This document shows positions 1-9,977 of a stretch of DNA of 62,219 nucleotides, piece by piece. Below the pieces are notes generated by a model, which did not search any database, had not been told where the DNA came from, and worked only from the letters and a program-made list of their open reading frames with translations. The DNA lies in the IMG/VR virus record IMGVR_UViG_3300033148_004507; one strand, 5' to 3'. Source of the DNA: a virus (Duplodnaviria > Heunggongvirae > Uroviricota > Caudoviricetes). Each line of letters begins with the position of its first letter. Position 1 is the stretch's first letter. Position numbers and translations under genes: made by a program.

Positions 1-14
1 ATTGGAGGAATAAT

Positions 15-290
15 ATGAATGGTAATTGCGATTATTGTGGGAAGGAATGTGAGATAACTCATTACAGGGGCTTGAAGCTATGTGAGAAACATTTGCATGA
101 TGCTAAAACGTGGGTAATAAACGAAGCTCTATCTGCTTGGATTAAAGATTCAACATATCGCCCAGAGCCATGTTATTATTGTGGTGTGATGACAGACGGT
201 ACTATGAAGGTTGGGGATGTTCATACTTGCGAAAAGCCAGAGTGCATGGGCAAGGGCTTGAGAGGGGTAAGGCTGGAGGAATCTGGATGA
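15..290 (+). CDS. Zn-finger protein (two CxxC...C knuckles)
   Basis: GGAGG RBS; CDYC/CYYC motifs. Confidence 0.75.
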   Translation: MNGNCDYCGKECEITHYRGLKLCEKHLHDAKTWVINEALSAWIKDSTYRPEPCYYCGVMTDGTMKVGDVHTCEKPECMGKGLRGVRLEESG

Positions 291-487
291 GTGAATATGA
301 TTGGAAAACCGAGGCGAGGCATAAGTGCCACTGCGGTCACATAGAATTGAACGAGGATAAAGAAGAGAATAAGTTCATACAATTTGATGAGAAATTTCAC
401 AGTGATGGTAATAGTTTTAGAGATGCCCAGGTCTGGACATTATTAAAATGTCCTAAATGCAATATATTGTTAGTGGAGGAATTTTAA
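287..487 (+). CDS. Small Zn-ribbon protein (start moved from 170 to ATG 287)
   Basis: GGAGG RBS before 287, ATGA overlap; CHCGH...CPKC. Confidence 0.7.
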   Translation: MSEYDWKTEARHKCHCGHIELNEDKEENKFIQFDEKFHSDGNSFRDAQVWTLLKCPKCNILLVEEF

Positions 488-526
488 TGGAACAAAAAAT
501 AATGATGACGATAAGGCGGTGGAGTC

Positions 527-754
527 ATGACTGAAATCTGGATGATATTCTGGGCGTTGTTTGTTTTCATGACGTACAAATTAATTGATAACAATTTCTT
601 CAAGCCGAAGCGAGAGGCGAAAAGAAAGGCAGAATCAAAGAAAAAGATAGATGGGATGATTCTGAAAGCTTTGGTAGATGCCGATGTTGACCCTGCTGAT
701 ATAGTGGTCGTCACTAAACTCATGGCAGAGAAAGAAGCAAATGGAGTTGATTGA
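527..754 (+). CDS. Small membrane protein
   Basis: N-terminal hydrophobic helix; RBS GGAG. Confidence 0.65.
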   Translation: MTEIWMIFWALFVFMTYKLIDNNFFKPKREAKRKAESKKKIDGMILKALVDADVDPADIVVVTKLMAEKEANGVD

Positions 755-1074
755 ATATGGATATTAAGAAGATTGCGATAATTATGATTGGAATTACTAT
801 GGTCTGCCTAATCATCGGGGCCATATATCTTGAGAAGGATGCGAAGGACAAAGTTAAGGTCAATTATGTGGTTGGCATTGATGACTTCAGTTATGACGGT
901 GAGCAATTAATTGTAGATAATATGGTCATAGAAGGTGCTGAAGATGTTATTGTATCAGATAATTGTGTCCAATTCTCAGTCTATGAGGGTGGGGGTGCGA
1001 ATGATTTGACTCCTTTGTTAATGATTGGGGCTATCGGCCTTGGATTTTTTATCATCTTAATAATATTATATTAG
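751..1074 (+). CDS. Membrane protein (two TM helices)
   Basis: Hydrophobic N- and C-terminal segments. Confidence 0.65.
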   Translation: MNMDIKKIAIIMIGITMVCLIIGAIYLEKDAKDKVKVNYVVGIDDFSYDGEQLIVDNMVIEGAEDVIVSDNCVQFSVYEGGGANDLTPLLMIGAIGLGFFIILIILY

Positions 1075-1506
1075 GTGGTCTTAGTGGCAAAAACGGTGGG
1101 GCAAAAGGATGGTAATACGGTTGACAACATCAGGTCGGTTATTTGGGAGGATATGCTTGATGAGTTGGTAATCACTGAGGTGCTATACTATTATCTTGTC
1201 GAGGAACACGGCTTAAAGCCCCTTTTAGCAGAGTATTATGCAATGGAGGTATTCAGGGGGGGTGGGACAATGACAAGCTGTAGAATCGAGACTATAACCT
1301 CTGAAATGAGCCGTAAGCATGAGGTGTCATCTAAGCAAGCTTGGAAATTCATGCTGAGATACTTGAAGAGCAGTCGCATTCAGATAATTGATGAGCATCC
1401 GAATGTCTGGCAGGTAAACGGCTTCAGCACGTTTGAACCACCGTACATAGCAGGCTATGAGAGTATCCTGCACGATATGATGAACGTTGGGAGAGTGAAG
1501 GCATGA
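1075..1506 (+). CDS. Hypothetical protein
   Basis: Contiguous in operon, GTG start. Confidence 0.6.
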   Translation: MVLVAKTVGQKDGNTVDNIRSVIWEDMLDELVITEVLYYYLVEEHGLKPLLAEYYAMEVFRGGGTMTSCRIETITSEMSRKHEVSSKQAWKFMLRYLKSSRIQIIDEHPNVWQVNGFSTFEPPYIAGYESILHDMMNVGRVKA

Positions 1507-1715
1507 GCAAATTTAAATGCAATTATTGTGGTGCAATCCACGATGGCGACCATAGTTGCCCAGAGGTCGAGAGGGCATTTTTGTTCATGACTGTGAATCA
1601 ATGCCCAAATTGCGGGAGTGCCAGTCTTGCGTATGAGGCCACAAAAGAAAGGCATGTGTGTCGCAATTGTAAATCAGATTGGCCTGCACAATGGAAAAAG
1701 GAAGTGAAGAAATGA
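1503..1715 (+). CDS. Zn-ribbon protein
   Basis: CNYC...H...C and CPNC...CRNC. Confidence 0.7.
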   Translation: MSKFKCNYCGAIHDGDHSCPEVERAFLFMTVNQCPNCGSASLAYEATKERHVCRNCKSDWPAQWKKEVKK

Positions 1716-2125
1716 ATGAGGATACTAAATATGGGTTGAGAATAGTGGGTCTTATTGCAATAGTAGTTGGGACGTTCTGGCTATTGTTCTATGTGAGCCA
1801 CATAATACCTGAAGTTGTGCCAGATGATTTCGTAGGTACATATACGGTAAAGCCATATTATTACTTGCCTACAATGTTTTCGATAATCTTTGGAGGGATA
1901 TTCTTATTTGGGAATTTAATCTCAGATGAAGATGATGAAAGGTTTATGGTGTCGTTTATAACGTTATCGATATTAGCTATGATTTGGATTTTGACCTTCT
2001 TTTGTATGTGGGATGTCGGAAATTATTGGTATACGATACCATTAAAAGTGACAGCATTTATTGGTGTTACAGTTGGTGCAATTCTTTTAATTTTAGGAAT
2101 TACAGTGAAGTGGAGTGATAGATAA
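1712..2125 (+). CDS. Multi-pass membrane protein
   Basis: About four hydrophobic helices; ATGA overlap. Confidence 0.7.
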   Translation: MNEDTKYGLRIVGLIAIVVGTFWLLFYVSHIIPEVVPDDFVGTYTVKPYYYLPTMFSIIFGGIFLFGNLISDEDDERFMVSFITLSILAMIWILTFFCMWDVGNYWYTIPLKVTAFIGVTVGAILLILGITVKWSDR

Positions 2126-2772
2126 TGGCAAAGCGAAGTTCAACGGCGATAGCATCTGAGAGAGAAGGTCTGATGGAATTATATCAAAAGGAAAATGGGT
2201 GGCTGACGACCAGGGTAACTAAGAAAAGTACATGGTCGAAAGGCAAGGATTACTTTGGTATTGGGGACATTATGGCGTATAGGTTTGGCGTGACCAAATT
2301 AACGGATGTTTCAAGTTATAATATAATCGGTAAGATAGATATAATGAAGAAATGGATGTTGGACAACATTGATGATATACCGATTGAACTGGAATGCGAG
2401 GTGGCTATCTGGAAGCCTAAGAGCAAGACTAAGCCAGAGAGGTTCTTGGTCACTACAATATCACGGTACGGCGTGACATCAAAGCATGAGGTTGCGGTCA
2501 AGCCAGAATGGTATGATTTGCTGAAGAGTGGTATAGATGTGAAGAAAGCAAATGTTGAGATGTCAGAAATAGTGACACTTCCTGCCGATTATGTTCCAGA
2601 TGATTGCGATTGTCTGATGAAGGTATTGTATGATGGAGATAAGATTGTCAAAGGAAAATGGAAGTGCATTCATTGTGATAAGATATATTGCCTCCATGAT
2701 TATGACCCGAAAGCCGTTGCAAGAGATTTGGTCATGAAGTGTACGATTTGTGGCGAGGTGAAGGCGATATGA
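2125..2772 (+). CDS. Putative Holliday-junction-resolvase-like PD-(D/E)xK nuclease with C-terminal Zn fingers
   Basis: N-terminal acidic residue (SEREG), KDYFGIGDIMA motif typical of viral resolvase-like proteins; CxxC pairs at C-terminus. Confidence 0.55.
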   Translation: MAKRSSTAIASEREGLMELYQKENGWLTTRVTKKSTWSKGKDYFGIGDIMAYRFGVTKLTDVSSYNIIGKIDIMKKWMLDNIDDIPIELECEVAIWKPKSKTKPERFLVTTISRYGVTSKHEVAVKPEWYDLLKSGIDVKKANVEMSEIVTLPADYVPDDCDCLMKVLYDGDKIVKGKWKCIHCDKIYCLHDYDPKAVARDLVMKCTICGEVKAI

Positions 2773-3038
2773 CTGAGGAGAGGGAGTCATCATTCTGGCA
2801 TTGGTACTGGATTGAGTCGGGGAGGCTGAAAGATATTTTTAAATTCATGCTATTATTTTCTCCCATGATTATTGGCATCATATTGGATGTGCTATTTTTC
2901 TCAGAACGGGGATACCTCCTGTTCTACACACAGTTCGGGGGGGTAATGATGGTGGTCATACTGCTAATCTCTGGAGCCTGGGGTTATATCGGTGATAAGA
3001 AATTAGAATATGAGGCTCACTTAAGGAGGAGGGATTAA
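2769..3038 (+). CDS. Membrane protein
   Basis: Two TM helices; start moved to ATG 2769. Confidence 0.65.
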   Translation: MTEERESSFWHWYWIESGRLKDIFKFMLLFSPMIIGIILDVLFFSERGYLLFYTQFGGVMMVVILLISGAWGYIGDKKLEYEAHLRRRD

Positions 3039-3203
3039 ATGTACATCACAGAGGTAAGAAAGATGCCTAGCGGGGAGCGTGTAGCATATCTGAAGCTACA
3101 TGAGAATTCAGGAACACACGCTATGAATTTGGACGAATGGAAGCAATTATCGGTGCTGGCTCAATCGGCAGTGAAGATATTGACGAATAAGGGGGATGAT
3201 TAA
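3039..3203 (+). CDS. 54-aa hypothetical protein (below ORF-track cutoff)
   Basis: GGAGG RBS; fills the gap exactly between neighbours. Confidence 0.55.
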   Translation: MYITEVRKMPSGERVAYLKLHENSGTHAMNLDEWKQLSVLAQSAVKILTNKGDD

Positions 3204-3959
3204 GTGAAGCTGAATAAAAGCTCTGGCGAAATGTACCCAGACCATTACACAACCAACCCATTAGCATACGGTTGTCATCGTGCAGGCCATAAATGTAGCT
3301 ACTGCTCAACCCATTCATTCACGAATAGGTATGAGAATTTGAAAGAAAAATATTCTGAACATGTTATATTGGTCGAGACTGTTCTAACTGGTAACACAGG
3401 TTCAGGCAAGACCATCTTTGTGTGTAACATGACGGATATGTTTGCAAAGGATGTGCCAGCAGAATATATCGAGAAGATTCTGAGAGAGTGCAGGAAGTAT
3501 CCTGATAACACGTACTTATTCCAGACTAAGAATCCTAAGAGGTTTTTAGAATTCCTCGAATATTATCCAGAGCATAGTGTGTTAGGTACAACGATAGAAA
3601 CGAACCGTGAGGACACTATAGAGGCTCTTACAGAGGCTCCGAGCATTATATCAAGAGTTCATGCGATGTGTGAGCTACGGCAGGTTCTATGGGACTCGGA
3701 TAAAGACTGGGAATCCTTTGTTACAATCGAGCCGATATTGGACTTTGATATAATGGAATTCGAGGACATTATCAAGAACATAGCTCCTGACTTTGTGAAC
3801 ATCGGGGCCGACAGTAAAGTTTACAAGTTCCCTGGCGTGTACAATAATTTAGTATTGCCAGAGCCAGACGGGAAGAAACTAAAGCAGTTCATCAGAAGAT
3901 TGAAGAACATCACAGAGATAAGAGAGAAGAGTAATTTAGATAGATTGTTGGAGGATTAA
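3204..3959 (+). CDS. DUF5131 (phage Gp37/Gp68)-like radical SAM protein
   Basis: GC(x5)CSYC cluster motif, TIFVCNMTDMF, FQTKNPKRF, LGTTIETN, FVTIEPI. Confidence 0.8.
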   Translation: MKLNKSSGEMYPDHYTTNPLAYGCHRAGHKCSYCSTHSFTNRYENLKEKYSEHVILVETVLTGNTGSGKTIFVCNMTDMFAKDVPAEYIEKILRECRKYPDNTYLFQTKNPKRFLEFLEYYPEHSVLGTTIETNREDTIEALTEAPSIISRVHAMCELRQVLWDSDKDWESFVTIEPILDFDIMEFEDIIKNIAPDFVNIGADSKVYKFPGVYNNLVLPEPDGKKLKQFIRRLKNITEIREKSNLDRLLED

Positions 3960-3961
3960 TT

Positions 3962-4189
3962 ATGTTGAACGAGGACATAAAAAATAAAGGTAAGGATGAT
4001 GAGCAAATCATGAAACGGGAAGTGATGGGAAAAGTCCTTGAAAGGAAAGGAAGGAATGATTCACAACTGGCAATAAACATTGATGGATTCGGAGATTTTC
4101 AACAAGGCATCATATTCTCTCATGCAGTTCTCGGTGGTTTTGAAGGGAAGAATATAAAATTGACTGTTGAAGTATTGGAGGAATCATAA
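3962..4189 (+). CDS. Hypothetical protein
   Basis: RBS, operon context. Confidence 0.6.
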   Translation: MLNEDIKNKGKDDEQIMKREVMGKVLERKGRNDSQLAINIDGFGDFQQGIIFSHAVLGGFEGKNIKLTVEVLEES

Positions 4190-4452
4190 TGGAGTTACAA
4201 CAATCGATTACGTTTATAATCTGCCTGGTTCCTCTATTAATCGGTCTGTATATAATATATAAATTATACAGAAAAAATGGGTGGTTAGATAAGGAGATTA
4301 AAAAGCTTCGTAAGGGGAGGTGTGATTGCAAGAATCCATATTTGATGCCAGATAATATAACTCACAAATATCCTGATTTGAAGTTTGATTTGGAGGAAAG
4401 ATATTTCAGAAAACAAGTTCATTTATACATTCATTATATTGATGAGAGGTAG
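4189..4452 (+). CDS. Small membrane protein
   Basis: N-terminal TM helix. Confidence 0.6.
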   Translation: MELQQSITFIICLVPLLIGLYIIYKLYRKNGWLDKEIKKLRKGRCDCKNPYLMPDNITHKYPDLKFDLEERYFRKQVHLYIHYIDER

Positions 4453-4462
4453 GAGGAATCAG

Positions 4463-5068
4463 ATGAGGCCGACAATAATAACTGAAGCGGAGGCGATGAG
4501 CCTATCAGGACAGCTTGAGAACAGTGGAAAGACTGAAGGCATTGACTTCTATGTTGAAGAGGTCTTTGACATCACTGAATATTACGAGGCTGTGGGTCAT
4601 TGTATTGCGACAGAGAATGAATTTGAGAATGGTGATTATTACATTGAGGACAAGGAAATCTTGGACGCTATGCATACAGAAAAAAGAACAATTGGCTATA
4701 CACTAACGACAGAGAAAGGGTATGTTGACATCGCTAAGATTGATGTCACAAACATTATGAATTCATGTTGTGTGTGTGGCATGAAGTTAGTAATTAATAG
4801 GACTGAGCCAGGTGATGATAAGAGGGTGGAGCCAGACGGTATCAAATGCTTTGACTGTGCAGGCTTGCCAGCGAAGTATCCATTGGTGCAGAAAATTGTG
4901 AGTTTACCTATAAAGGGGGACAAAGAGAAGCAGGCAAAGAAACCGAAAGCAGGCTTGGAAGTTGAGGTAGACCTTGATGCTCACAAAGAGATAAATGGAA
5001 TGATGCTAATAGCACTTATCTGGGCGGTATCTATGATACTTACTCCAATTGTGGGAGTGTGTATTTAG
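4463..5068 (+). CDS. Hypothetical protein with CxxC pairs and C-terminal TM helix
   Basis: GGAGG RBS before ATG 4463. Confidence 0.65.
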   Translation: MRPTIITEAEAMSLSGQLENSGKTEGIDFYVEEVFDITEYYEAVGHCIATENEFENGDYYIEDKEILDAMHTEKRTIGYTLTTEKGYVDIAKIDVTNIMNSCCVCGMKLVINRTEPGDDKRVEPDGIKCFDCAGLPAKYPLVQKIVSLPIKGDKEKQAKKPKAGLEVEVDLDAHKEINGMMLIALIWAVSMILTPIVGVCI

Positions 5069-5566
5069 ATGGCGATGTTGTGTGCCAGGTGCAATCAACA
5101 AGTTGTCCATGAGAAGCGAGATTTTAATCTATGTCTGGATTGTTTAATTGAGATGTTAATAAAACAAGGCTCTCTTGAGATTCCGAAACACTTCGAAGCC
5201 AGCATATTCGAAGAGAAGATGGCTAGGAAAGGAAAGTGTCATTATTGTGGCGAGGAGAAAAGAAAGTTTCGTCATTTTTCATTCTGCCAGTGTGAGAGAG
5301 ATTCTTTTGGTAGACCTATGATGAATGAACACGGGCAATTATCAATTCCTGCTTGGAATTTAATGCTCAGTGCAGAGGAGATTGAGGAGCTTGTGTATGT
5401 TCATGGGACGACTGCAATAGAAGGTAACACACTTGACATTGAGGATTGCTTTGAGATACTATATGGGGATGTTATGACTGTCATTGAAAAGTATGAATGG
5501 GATGACATGACTGTGGACAAATTGAAAAAGATATTAGAGGAATCGGAGAGGTCGCCAGATGATTAA
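5069..5566 (+). CDS. Zn-finger protein ending in a Fic-family N-terminal-like segment (no Fic catalytic motif)
   Basis: CARC/CHYC fingers; HGTTAIEGNTL resembles the Fic N-terminal STAIEGNTL motif. Confidence 0.55.
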   Translation: MAMLCARCNQQVVHEKRDFNLCLDCLIEMLIKQGSLEIPKHFEASIFEEKMARKGKCHYCGEEKRKFRHFSFCQCERDSFGRPMMNEHGQLSIPAWNLMLSAEEIEELVYVHGTTAIEGNTLDIEDCFEILYGDVMTVIEKYEWDDMTVDKLKKILEESERSPDD

Positions 5567-5625
5567 GACAGCAAAACCTATTTATAGAAAGATTGTATAT
5601 GATGTGATGCAGGGGTTAGCATAGT

Positions 5626-6030
5626 ATGGATGCACCAGGAGTACCAGAAGGTAAGACTGACAGATTCAAGTTATTCGTAATAGCAATTTCAATCATGATG
5701 GCCGTAGCTCTTGTCGGGATGGGACTAAATATGATAAATGTAAAAGACAAAAGCACTGGATTCGAAAGCATGGGGATAAAAGTAAATATGAGTGAGGACA
5801 AGAATCTCACACTATCTTTTGAAGAAAGTGGTTTTTATGATATTAAAATAGAGAGTGAATATTTTGGAAATATCAAAGGAATAAATAAGACTACGTTCAT
5901 ATCAAAAGGCGATGCTGTGAATATGACTTGGAGCTATGACATTTCTAATTTCTATGATGATGTGGTTATAACAATCACCAAGACAAGCACTGGCTATTAC
6001 GAGATGCATAGGCTGGAGGATTTAATATGA
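5626..6030 (+). CDS. Membrane-anchored/secreted protein
   Basis: TM helix followed by beta-rich region with NxS/T sequons; preceded by TATA-like AAAACCTATTTATA (about 5572-5585). Confidence 0.65.
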   Translation: MDAPGVPEGKTDRFKLFVIAISIMMAVALVGMGLNMINVKDKSTGFESMGIKVNMSEDKNLTLSFEESGFYDIKIESEYFGNIKGINKTTFISKGDAVNMTWSYDISNFYDDVVITITKTSTGYYEMHRLEDLI

Positions 6031-6716
6031 TAGAACGTTTCGAGGTAACAATAACTAAGCATGAGGGTGATTACGAGCTACCTTGGGAGGTTTTGAAAGA
6101 AAGCCGTAGGTCAGACAATGGTTTAATTATGGGTTCAAAGAATGATTCATATAAAACCCGTGATGAAGCTTTTGATGAGGCCATTAGATTCTTAACATCT
6201 TCATCAGAACCTATGGGTGCGGAGGGTGTCTGTAACAAATCCAAAAAGATAATCATGGCAGAGGGCATTATAGATGTTGAAGAAACCAATCTCATATGTC
6301 TGGAGATTTCTAGTTGCCAGTGCCGACAACTTACTGGTTTATTTAAGACAGAAACAGGGGCTTCCAATGTAGCACATATAGAACATATAATAAAGAAACT
6401 CAATGGCCGAAACGCGAGGATAACACTTGAGTTTTTGGACGAGGAAAAGCCTTCTGACACTCCGCAAGTCACTTCAGATGATGGAGGGGGTGGGCCAGGA
6501 ATGAGCGAGAAATTACAGAAGGAATTTGGTGATAAAAAACCGTATGAAGGATACTGGCACAGAGTAGATAATAACACATCAGACCCGATATGCATCCATC
6601 ACAAAATCATAATGATATTTCATCCAAAGAAACTCGTTCACTACTGCCACCTATGTGAGATGGAATTGAAAGAGGCCACCCACGCCGAGGGAGGGGGTTC
6701 GAATAGTGATTTGTGA
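6027..6716 (+). CDS. Hypothetical protein
   Basis: ATGA overlap, 229 aa. Confidence 0.65.
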   Translation: MIERFEVTITKHEGDYELPWEVLKESRRSDNGLIMGSKNDSYKTRDEAFDEAIRFLTSSSEPMGAEGVCNKSKKIIMAEGIIDVEETNLICLEISSCQCRQLTGLFKTETGASNVAHIEHIIKKLNGRNARITLEFLDEEKPSDTPQVTSDDGGGGPGMSEKLQKEFGDKKPYEGYWHRVDNNTSDPICIHHKIIMIFHPKKLVHYCHLCEMELKEATHAEGGGSNSDL

Positions 6717-6855
6717 TGGTTGTAATGTCAGACCACCCTGGGAACACAGGTGTCATGGGTTAAGAAAAATAACAGTCCTTGGGGAACACAAAAACGAGCC
6801 TTGCGAATGTCCAGAATGTCGAGAATTAGATAAACTATTTGGTGGTGGTTCTTAA
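6706..6855 (+). CDS. 49-aa Cys-rich microprotein (MICDGC...CECPEC)
   Basis: GTG start, RBS, TAATG junction with next gene. Confidence 0.5.
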   Translation: MICDGCNVRPPWEHRCHGLRKITVLGEHKNEPCECPECRELDKLFGGGS

Positions 6856-7169
6856 TGCCCATATGGTATTGTGCAGGATGTGGTGATAAGAAAAATACAT
6901 GGGATGATAAAGCCCATGAGAGGGACGGAAATAAATATTGTATTTTTTGCATCAAAAAGAATCCCAAGCAAGTCACGTCAGATGTAAAAGATGGCGTAAG
7001 CGAATTCACCAGTTCCAATAGAAAGAAAGGTGTTGGAATACTAAAGCGATGTTCGTACTGCGAGGAAATGTTTGAGCCGAGCCAATTAATTCAGAGAGAA
7101 GTAGATTATATATTATGCTATGATTGTGACCAAGTATATCAGAGTGATGCAGAGGGGGAATCGGAGTGA
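6855..7169 (+). CDS. Double Zn-finger protein
   Basis: CAGC/CIFC and CSYC/CYDC. Confidence 0.7.
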   Translation: MPIWYCAGCGDKKNTWDDKAHERDGNKYCIFCIKKNPKQVTSDVKDGVSEFTSSNRKKGVGILKRCSYCEEMFEPSQLIQREVDYILCYDCDQVYQSDAEGESE

Positions 7170-7423
7170 GGCTTGAAGGTGTTAATGATTTGCGTGAGGA
7201 CATAGAATCAGAAGGAATAGATTTTGGAATGTGCTGTGATGTGGGGTGTATAGAAAATGGAACATTTGAAGCCATAATCTACATTGATAATATACATTAT
7301 ATTTTAATATTATGTGAAGAACACAAGACTAAGATTTGCAAATCATTCAATTATGTTGATAAACAAACAATCAAGAATACTGAACAGGCCGTTCTTGATG
7401 ATTTAAGCGAAGGAGGGGTATAA
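7166..7423 (+). CDS. Hypothetical protein
   Basis: GTGA overlap, operon context. Confidence 0.6.
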   Translation: MRLEGVNDLREDIESEGIDFGMCCDVGCIENGTFEAIIYIDNIHYILILCEEHKTKICKSFNYVDKQTIKNTEQAVLDDLSEGGV

Positions 7424-7780
7424 TTGAGTTGTGCAGATTGCCCGTACTGCGGTCATGAGTTCTATCCTGACGACTATGAAGAACTCATAGACCAGGGTGA
7501 AAATGAAGTCGAGTGTCCAGTATGTGAAAAGATAATGGCGATGAGGGCCGAATCAAGTATAGATTATTACACGGAGAAATCGCCAAATGAAAATAAGAAT
7601 AAAGCCAAGCATCATGGCCTACAATGTCCGAACTGTGATACGATTGGGGAGTATGATTTTACAGATGAATACATGGGCAAGGACAACACTCTTATCGTGG
7701 CCTGTATAAGCTGTGGTCATAGTGGGGACATTGCAGAATTCTTTGCGAAACCTCCAGAGGATGAAAGGAGGGATAATTAG
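7424..7780 (+). CDS. Double Zn-ribbon protein
   Basis: CPYC/CPVC and CPNC/CISC. Confidence 0.7.
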   Translation: MSCADCPYCGHEFYPDDYEELIDQGENEVECPVCEKIMAMRAESSIDYYTEKSPNENKNKAKHHGLQCPNCDTIGEYDFTDEYMGKDNTLIVACISCGHSGDIAEFFAKPPEDERRDN

Positions 7781-8143
7781 ATGGTAGATTGGGTTTTGAC
7801 AATACCAAAGAGCATTCCTTGGGATGAATATCAAAAAGAATTGGATGCTTGTGCAAATGATAGTGATATTGAAATATCTTACAGACTGCCATACAAACCG
7901 AAGGCCATGCCCAAGGAAAGGTGTTATGTAGTCCACGATGGCTTTATCAGAGGTTATCAAGAGATTATAGGGGTTGATTATTTGGAAGGATTTGACTGTA
8001 TAACCACGGGTCAACATTGGAGGTCAGGGTGGTACATTGTTAGGGGTGGGATGTTCCATAAAACAGAGCCAGTGCCAATGAAAGGGTTTAGAGGCATAAG
8101 GCGATTGGATGCAGAAGCTTGTGAGCAGGAGAGTGAGAAATAA
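7781..8143 (+). CDS. ASCH/PUA-like domain protein
   Basis: LTIPK start and C-terminal PMKGFRGIR resembling the ASCH GxQGxW-type motif. Confidence 0.5.
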   Translation: MVDWVLTIPKSIPWDEYQKELDACANDSDIEISYRLPYKPKAMPKERCYVVHDGFIRGYQEIIGVDYLEGFDCITTGQHWRSGWYIVRGGMFHKTEPVPMKGFRGIRRLDAEACEQESEK

Positions 8144-8144
8144 C

Positions 8145-8423
8145 ATGGTTGATGTAATAATCACGTATGATGAGACGCTGGATTTCCTTGCAAAAGAGTG
8201 GCTAGAGACGAGAGACTTTGTACTTGTGCCGAACATGAGGCAATGGACATCTCATTTACAGTACATGGATGAGAGAATAAAAGCCCAATTGAATACTCTA
8301 AAGAAATTGATAGAGCAGAGTAATAAGGACATCGTGAAGATTGAGAAATGCATTATGATTATTCACAATCAGCTTGGGAAGTTGTATGAGATTAGAATAG
8401 ATAATTTGGAGGAGACAGAATGA
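8145..8423 (+). CDS. Coiled-coil hypothetical protein
   Basis: Start moved to ATG 8145. Confidence 0.6.
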   Translation: MVDVIITYDETLDFLAKEWLETRDFVLVPNMRQWTSHLQYMDERIKAQLNTLKKLIEQSNKDIVKIEKCIMIIHNQLGKLYEIRIDNLEETE

Positions 8424-8758
8424 GCGAGGACAAATTGATAGAGATTAGGCCAGAGATTAAGAAGTTCGCTGAAGAGATGGAATTGATGATGAGGAAATCT
8501 GACGAGGATAAGGGCGATAGCTGGAAAGAGATGGACGAGCATTTCTTCATAAAGAAATTTATGGAGGAATGTGTGGAATATTTCCTAATTTCGTATCTGT
8601 ATGATAGGGCAGGTACGACAGTCCTGATTCGGGATTTCACAGACATGGTGATTAGAAAATCAGGCAATGTGGATTCGAATCCGAATGATGAGCTTCTGGA
8701 TACTGCATTGATTTGCATGATGGAATTCACTAACAGGGTCAAAGGGAGGTATGATTAA
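8420..8758 (+). CDS. Possible MazG-like all-alpha NTP pyrophosphatase-fold phage protein
   Basis: KFAEEMELMM...KGDSW...EECVE...ELLDTALICMM pattern. Confidence 0.4.
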   Translation: MSEDKLIEIRPEIKKFAEEMELMMRKSDEDKGDSWKEMDEHFFIKKFMEECVEYFLISYLYDRAGTTVLIRDFTDMVIRKSGNVDSNPNDELLDTALICMMEFTNRVKGRYD

Positions 8759-9000
8759 TGGGTGATGATGGTATCGAGGCCACAATCAAGCCTGGTAAGG
8801 TGAACCCAATGAACCTGGAAGTGGATGGTTGCTCAATCACGCTATTTACTACAGTTACAGACTTACTCGGAGAGTTATATGGGAGCAGGACAGTAAATCA
8901 GGAAGAGTTTAATTGGCTTACAAAATCTCTTGGAAATATTGAGGAGTTTTATCAGAAATTACAGTTAACAGAGTCGGCAGATTCAGAGGAGGATGATTAA
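8758..9000 (+). CDS. Hypothetical protein
   Basis: Operon context. Confidence 0.6.
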   Translation: MGDDGIEATIKPGKVNPMNLEVDGCSITLFTTVTDLLGELYGSRTVNQEEFNWLTKSLGNIEEFYQKLQLTESADSEEDD

Positions 9001-9228
9001 ATGGAAAAGAAAGAGGATATAGCAGAGGTCTTAGAGTGGGCGAATGAAGAGCTTCAAGACCTCATAGAAAGGATAAGAGCGATAGAGGATGAGGTCGATA
9101 ACGAAGCTGTAGAGGAAGATGCGTATGCCGTTGGAAAACATTTGAAGAAGGCACACTTGGAGATTAAAGATTGCATTGACATCTTAGAGAGTGGCCCAGA
9201 TTGGGATGAAGATGGGGATGATGATTAG
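9001..9228 (+). CDS. Small acidic helical protein
   Basis: Very D/E-rich; RBS. Confidence 0.65.
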   Translation: MEKKEDIAEVLEWANEELQDLIERIRAIEDEVDNEAVEEDAYAVGKHLKKAHLEIKDCIDILESGPDWDEDGDDD

Positions 9229-9429
9229 ATGTTCGGTAGAATGGCAGTGAAGAAAGAGGATATTGTATGTTCAGTGTGCAACGGGACGATTCCCAACGGT
9301 TGTTCATGCTATAATGGTATGTGGGTAAAGAAGATAGATTCAGATGAATGGGAATGGCATGAACAAGAGCAGAAGGTATGGGCGGCAGAGCATGGCACGA
9401 ATGTGAAAGTGAGGTTCCCAAATGAGTAA
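9229..9429 (+). CDS. Small Cys-containing protein
   Basis: CSVC...CSC; operon context. Confidence 0.55.
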   Translation: MFGRMAVKKEDIVCSVCNGTIPNGCSCYNGMWVKKIDSDEWEWHEQEQKVWAAEHGTNVKVRFPNE

Positions 9430-9601
9430 CCGACCCAAACTCAAGAAGTGTCCAAGCTGTCATAGGAACTCGCTAAAGGAGCAGAGCTATGGGGCATACT
9501 GCCCGAAATGCGGATACAAGAACGACATGGGGGCATTAGAGCATGGCACATTGGAGTTCAAGCAATATAAGAAGAGAGAGGATGATTATATTGGACGATA
9601 A
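9422..9601 (+). CDS. 59-aa Zn-ribbon protein (CPSC...CPKC)
   Basis: Read directly from sequence; below ORF-track cutoff. Confidence 0.55.
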   Translation: MSNRPKLKKCPSCHRNSLKEQSYGAYCPKCGYKNDMGALEHGTLEFKQYKKREDDYIGR

Positions 9602-9977
9602 AGATTTCAAATTCAGGGCGAGGAACGTGCATGACGACAAGCTCTACTATTCTGAAGAGATTGGTATGCCTAATTTCTGGCAACAGGTCAGAGGCGGTCA
9701 TATGGTAGATGTCGAGCAGTATATTGGTCAGAATCTACACGGTCAAGATATATATGGTGGAGATATTATTTATCGGCCAGAGATATTAAATAAGTCTGGG
9801 CGAGGGGGATGGTCAGAGGTGAAATATATTATTGAATATGGTGAGCAATGCGACCCCGATGGATGGAGGTACATGGGATATAATTATACTATACCTGATG
9901 GAGATATATTAGAGTATACAAAAATTATTGGAAATAAAACAGATAATCCAGAACTTGCGGAGGGCATAGATGGGTAA
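9582..9977 (+). CDS. YopX family protein
   Basis: FKFRA..., EQYIG...GQDIYGGDII, C-terminal IIGNKTDNPEL. Confidence 0.8.
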   Translation: MIILDDKDFKFRARNVHDDKLYYSEEIGMPNFWQQVRGGHMVDVEQYIGQNLHGQDIYGGDIIYRPEILNKSGRGGWSEVKYIIEYGEQCDPDGWRYMGYNYTIPDGDILEYTKIIGNKTDNPELAEGIDG

